The translations under genes and the position numbers were made by a program. This document shows positions 63,282 to 64,000 of a stretch of 64,000 nt of DNA, in pieces (position 1 is the first letter of the stretch; every line of letters starts with the position of its first letter). The notes beneath the pieces were generated by a model that was given only the letters and a program-made list of their open reading frames with translations, was not told the origin of the DNA and did not search any database. This DNA is from Vulcanimicrobiota bacterium (GTDB lineage: Bacteria; Vulcanimicrobiota; Vulcanimicrobiia; Vulcanimicrobiales; Vulcanimicrobiaceae), in assembly GCA_963714015.1 (NCBI GenBank), contig OY970223.1, positions 2,752,001-2,816,000 on the forward strand. The letters run 5' to 3'.

Positions 63282-63995
63282 GTGAGCGGCCCGCGCGTCG
63301 GCATTATTCAGTCGAATTACATTCCTTGGAAAGGGTATTTCGACTTTATCGACAGCGTCGACGAATTCGTACTTTTCGATGAGGTCCAATACACGCGCCG
63401 GGACTGGCGCAACCGCAACAGAATCAAAACCAAAGACGGATTGAAGTGGCTCACTATCCCCGTTGAAGTCAAGGGAAAGTACGACCAGCGAGTCAGCGAA
63501 ACGCGCATCTCCGACAAGCGCTGGGCCCACGAGCACGCATCTTCGCTACGGCATGCGTACGGAAAATCTCCGCACTTTCGCGAAGAGTGGACGTGGATAG
63601 AACCACTGTATGAAGAAAGCGCGTCGGTCGATTTTTTGAGCAGCGTAAACGAACTCTTCATTCGCGCGATCCGTGACCGGTTGTCGATTCAAACGCCGAT
63701 ACGGCTTTCCTCGGAGTTCGATTTACCCGACGGCAAGAACGAACGCTTGATTTCGATCTGCAAGCAACTTGGAGCCGCTGAGTATTTGTCCGGACCTGCC
63801 GCGCGCGGCTATATTGACGAGAGCCTTTGGACGGCGGCAGGTATCCGCGTCACCTACAAGTCCTACGACGATTACCCGGAATACGCACAGCCATACCCTC
63901 CTTTCGAGCACGCCGTCTCTATAGTCGATTTGCTCTTCAACACGGGCCCTCAGGCGCCAAGCTACATCAAAGGGACCGCGGATGTCCGTTCCTGA
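63282..63995 (+). CDS. WbqC family protein
   Basis: QSNYIPWKGYF, WRNRNRI, WLTIP, YLSGPAA, SIVDLLFN. Confidence 0.92.
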   Translation: MSGPRVGIIQSNYIPWKGYFDFIDSVDEFVLFDEVQYTRRDWRNRNRIKTKDGLKWLTIPVEVKGKYDQRVSETRISDKRWAHEHASSLRHAYGKSPHFREEWTWIEPLYEESASVDFLSSVNELFIRAIRDRLSIQTPIRLSSEFDLPDGKNERLISICKQLGAAEYLSGPAARGYIDESLWTAAGIRVTYKSYDDYPEYAQPYPPFEHAVSIVDLLFNTGPQAPSYIKGTADVRS

Positions 63996-64000
63996 CGAGC

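Overview
High-GC bacterial chromosomal window, densely coding, with no rRNA, tRNA, CRISPR array or recognisable transposase. The housekeeping backbone includes pyrG, prmC, prfA, rpmE, a leuCD-like pair, cinA, nadE, glpX, proS, ispG, rseP, dxr, cdsA, uppS, frr, pyrH, tsf and rpsB. It is interleaved with many secreted 'CGGGG' lipoproteins (one S53 and three tandem S8 proteases), a GT-C glycosylation cluster, and the start of a dTDP-sugar/glycan-modification island. Gene style suggests Eremiobacterota/Vulcanimicrobiota, but this is inference only. About 14 single-base frameshifts hit genes including essential ones, so the assembly looks like uncorrected long-read sequence; several ORF-track fusions and splits are artefacts. 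Best candidates for novelty: (1) a translationally coupled metY - CoA-binding protein - luxE-like - luxC-like - class III aminotransferase - Gfo/Idh/MocA operon with no luciferase, divergent from an orphan aconitase-family LeuC/LeuD pair, suggesting an uncharacterised acid-to-aldehyde-to-amine pathway; (2) a perfect 109-bp tandem, highly structured element directly upstream of prfA; (3) a GT41/OGT-like glycosyltransferase module inside the rfb island; (4) probable ATT start codons and leaderless genes.
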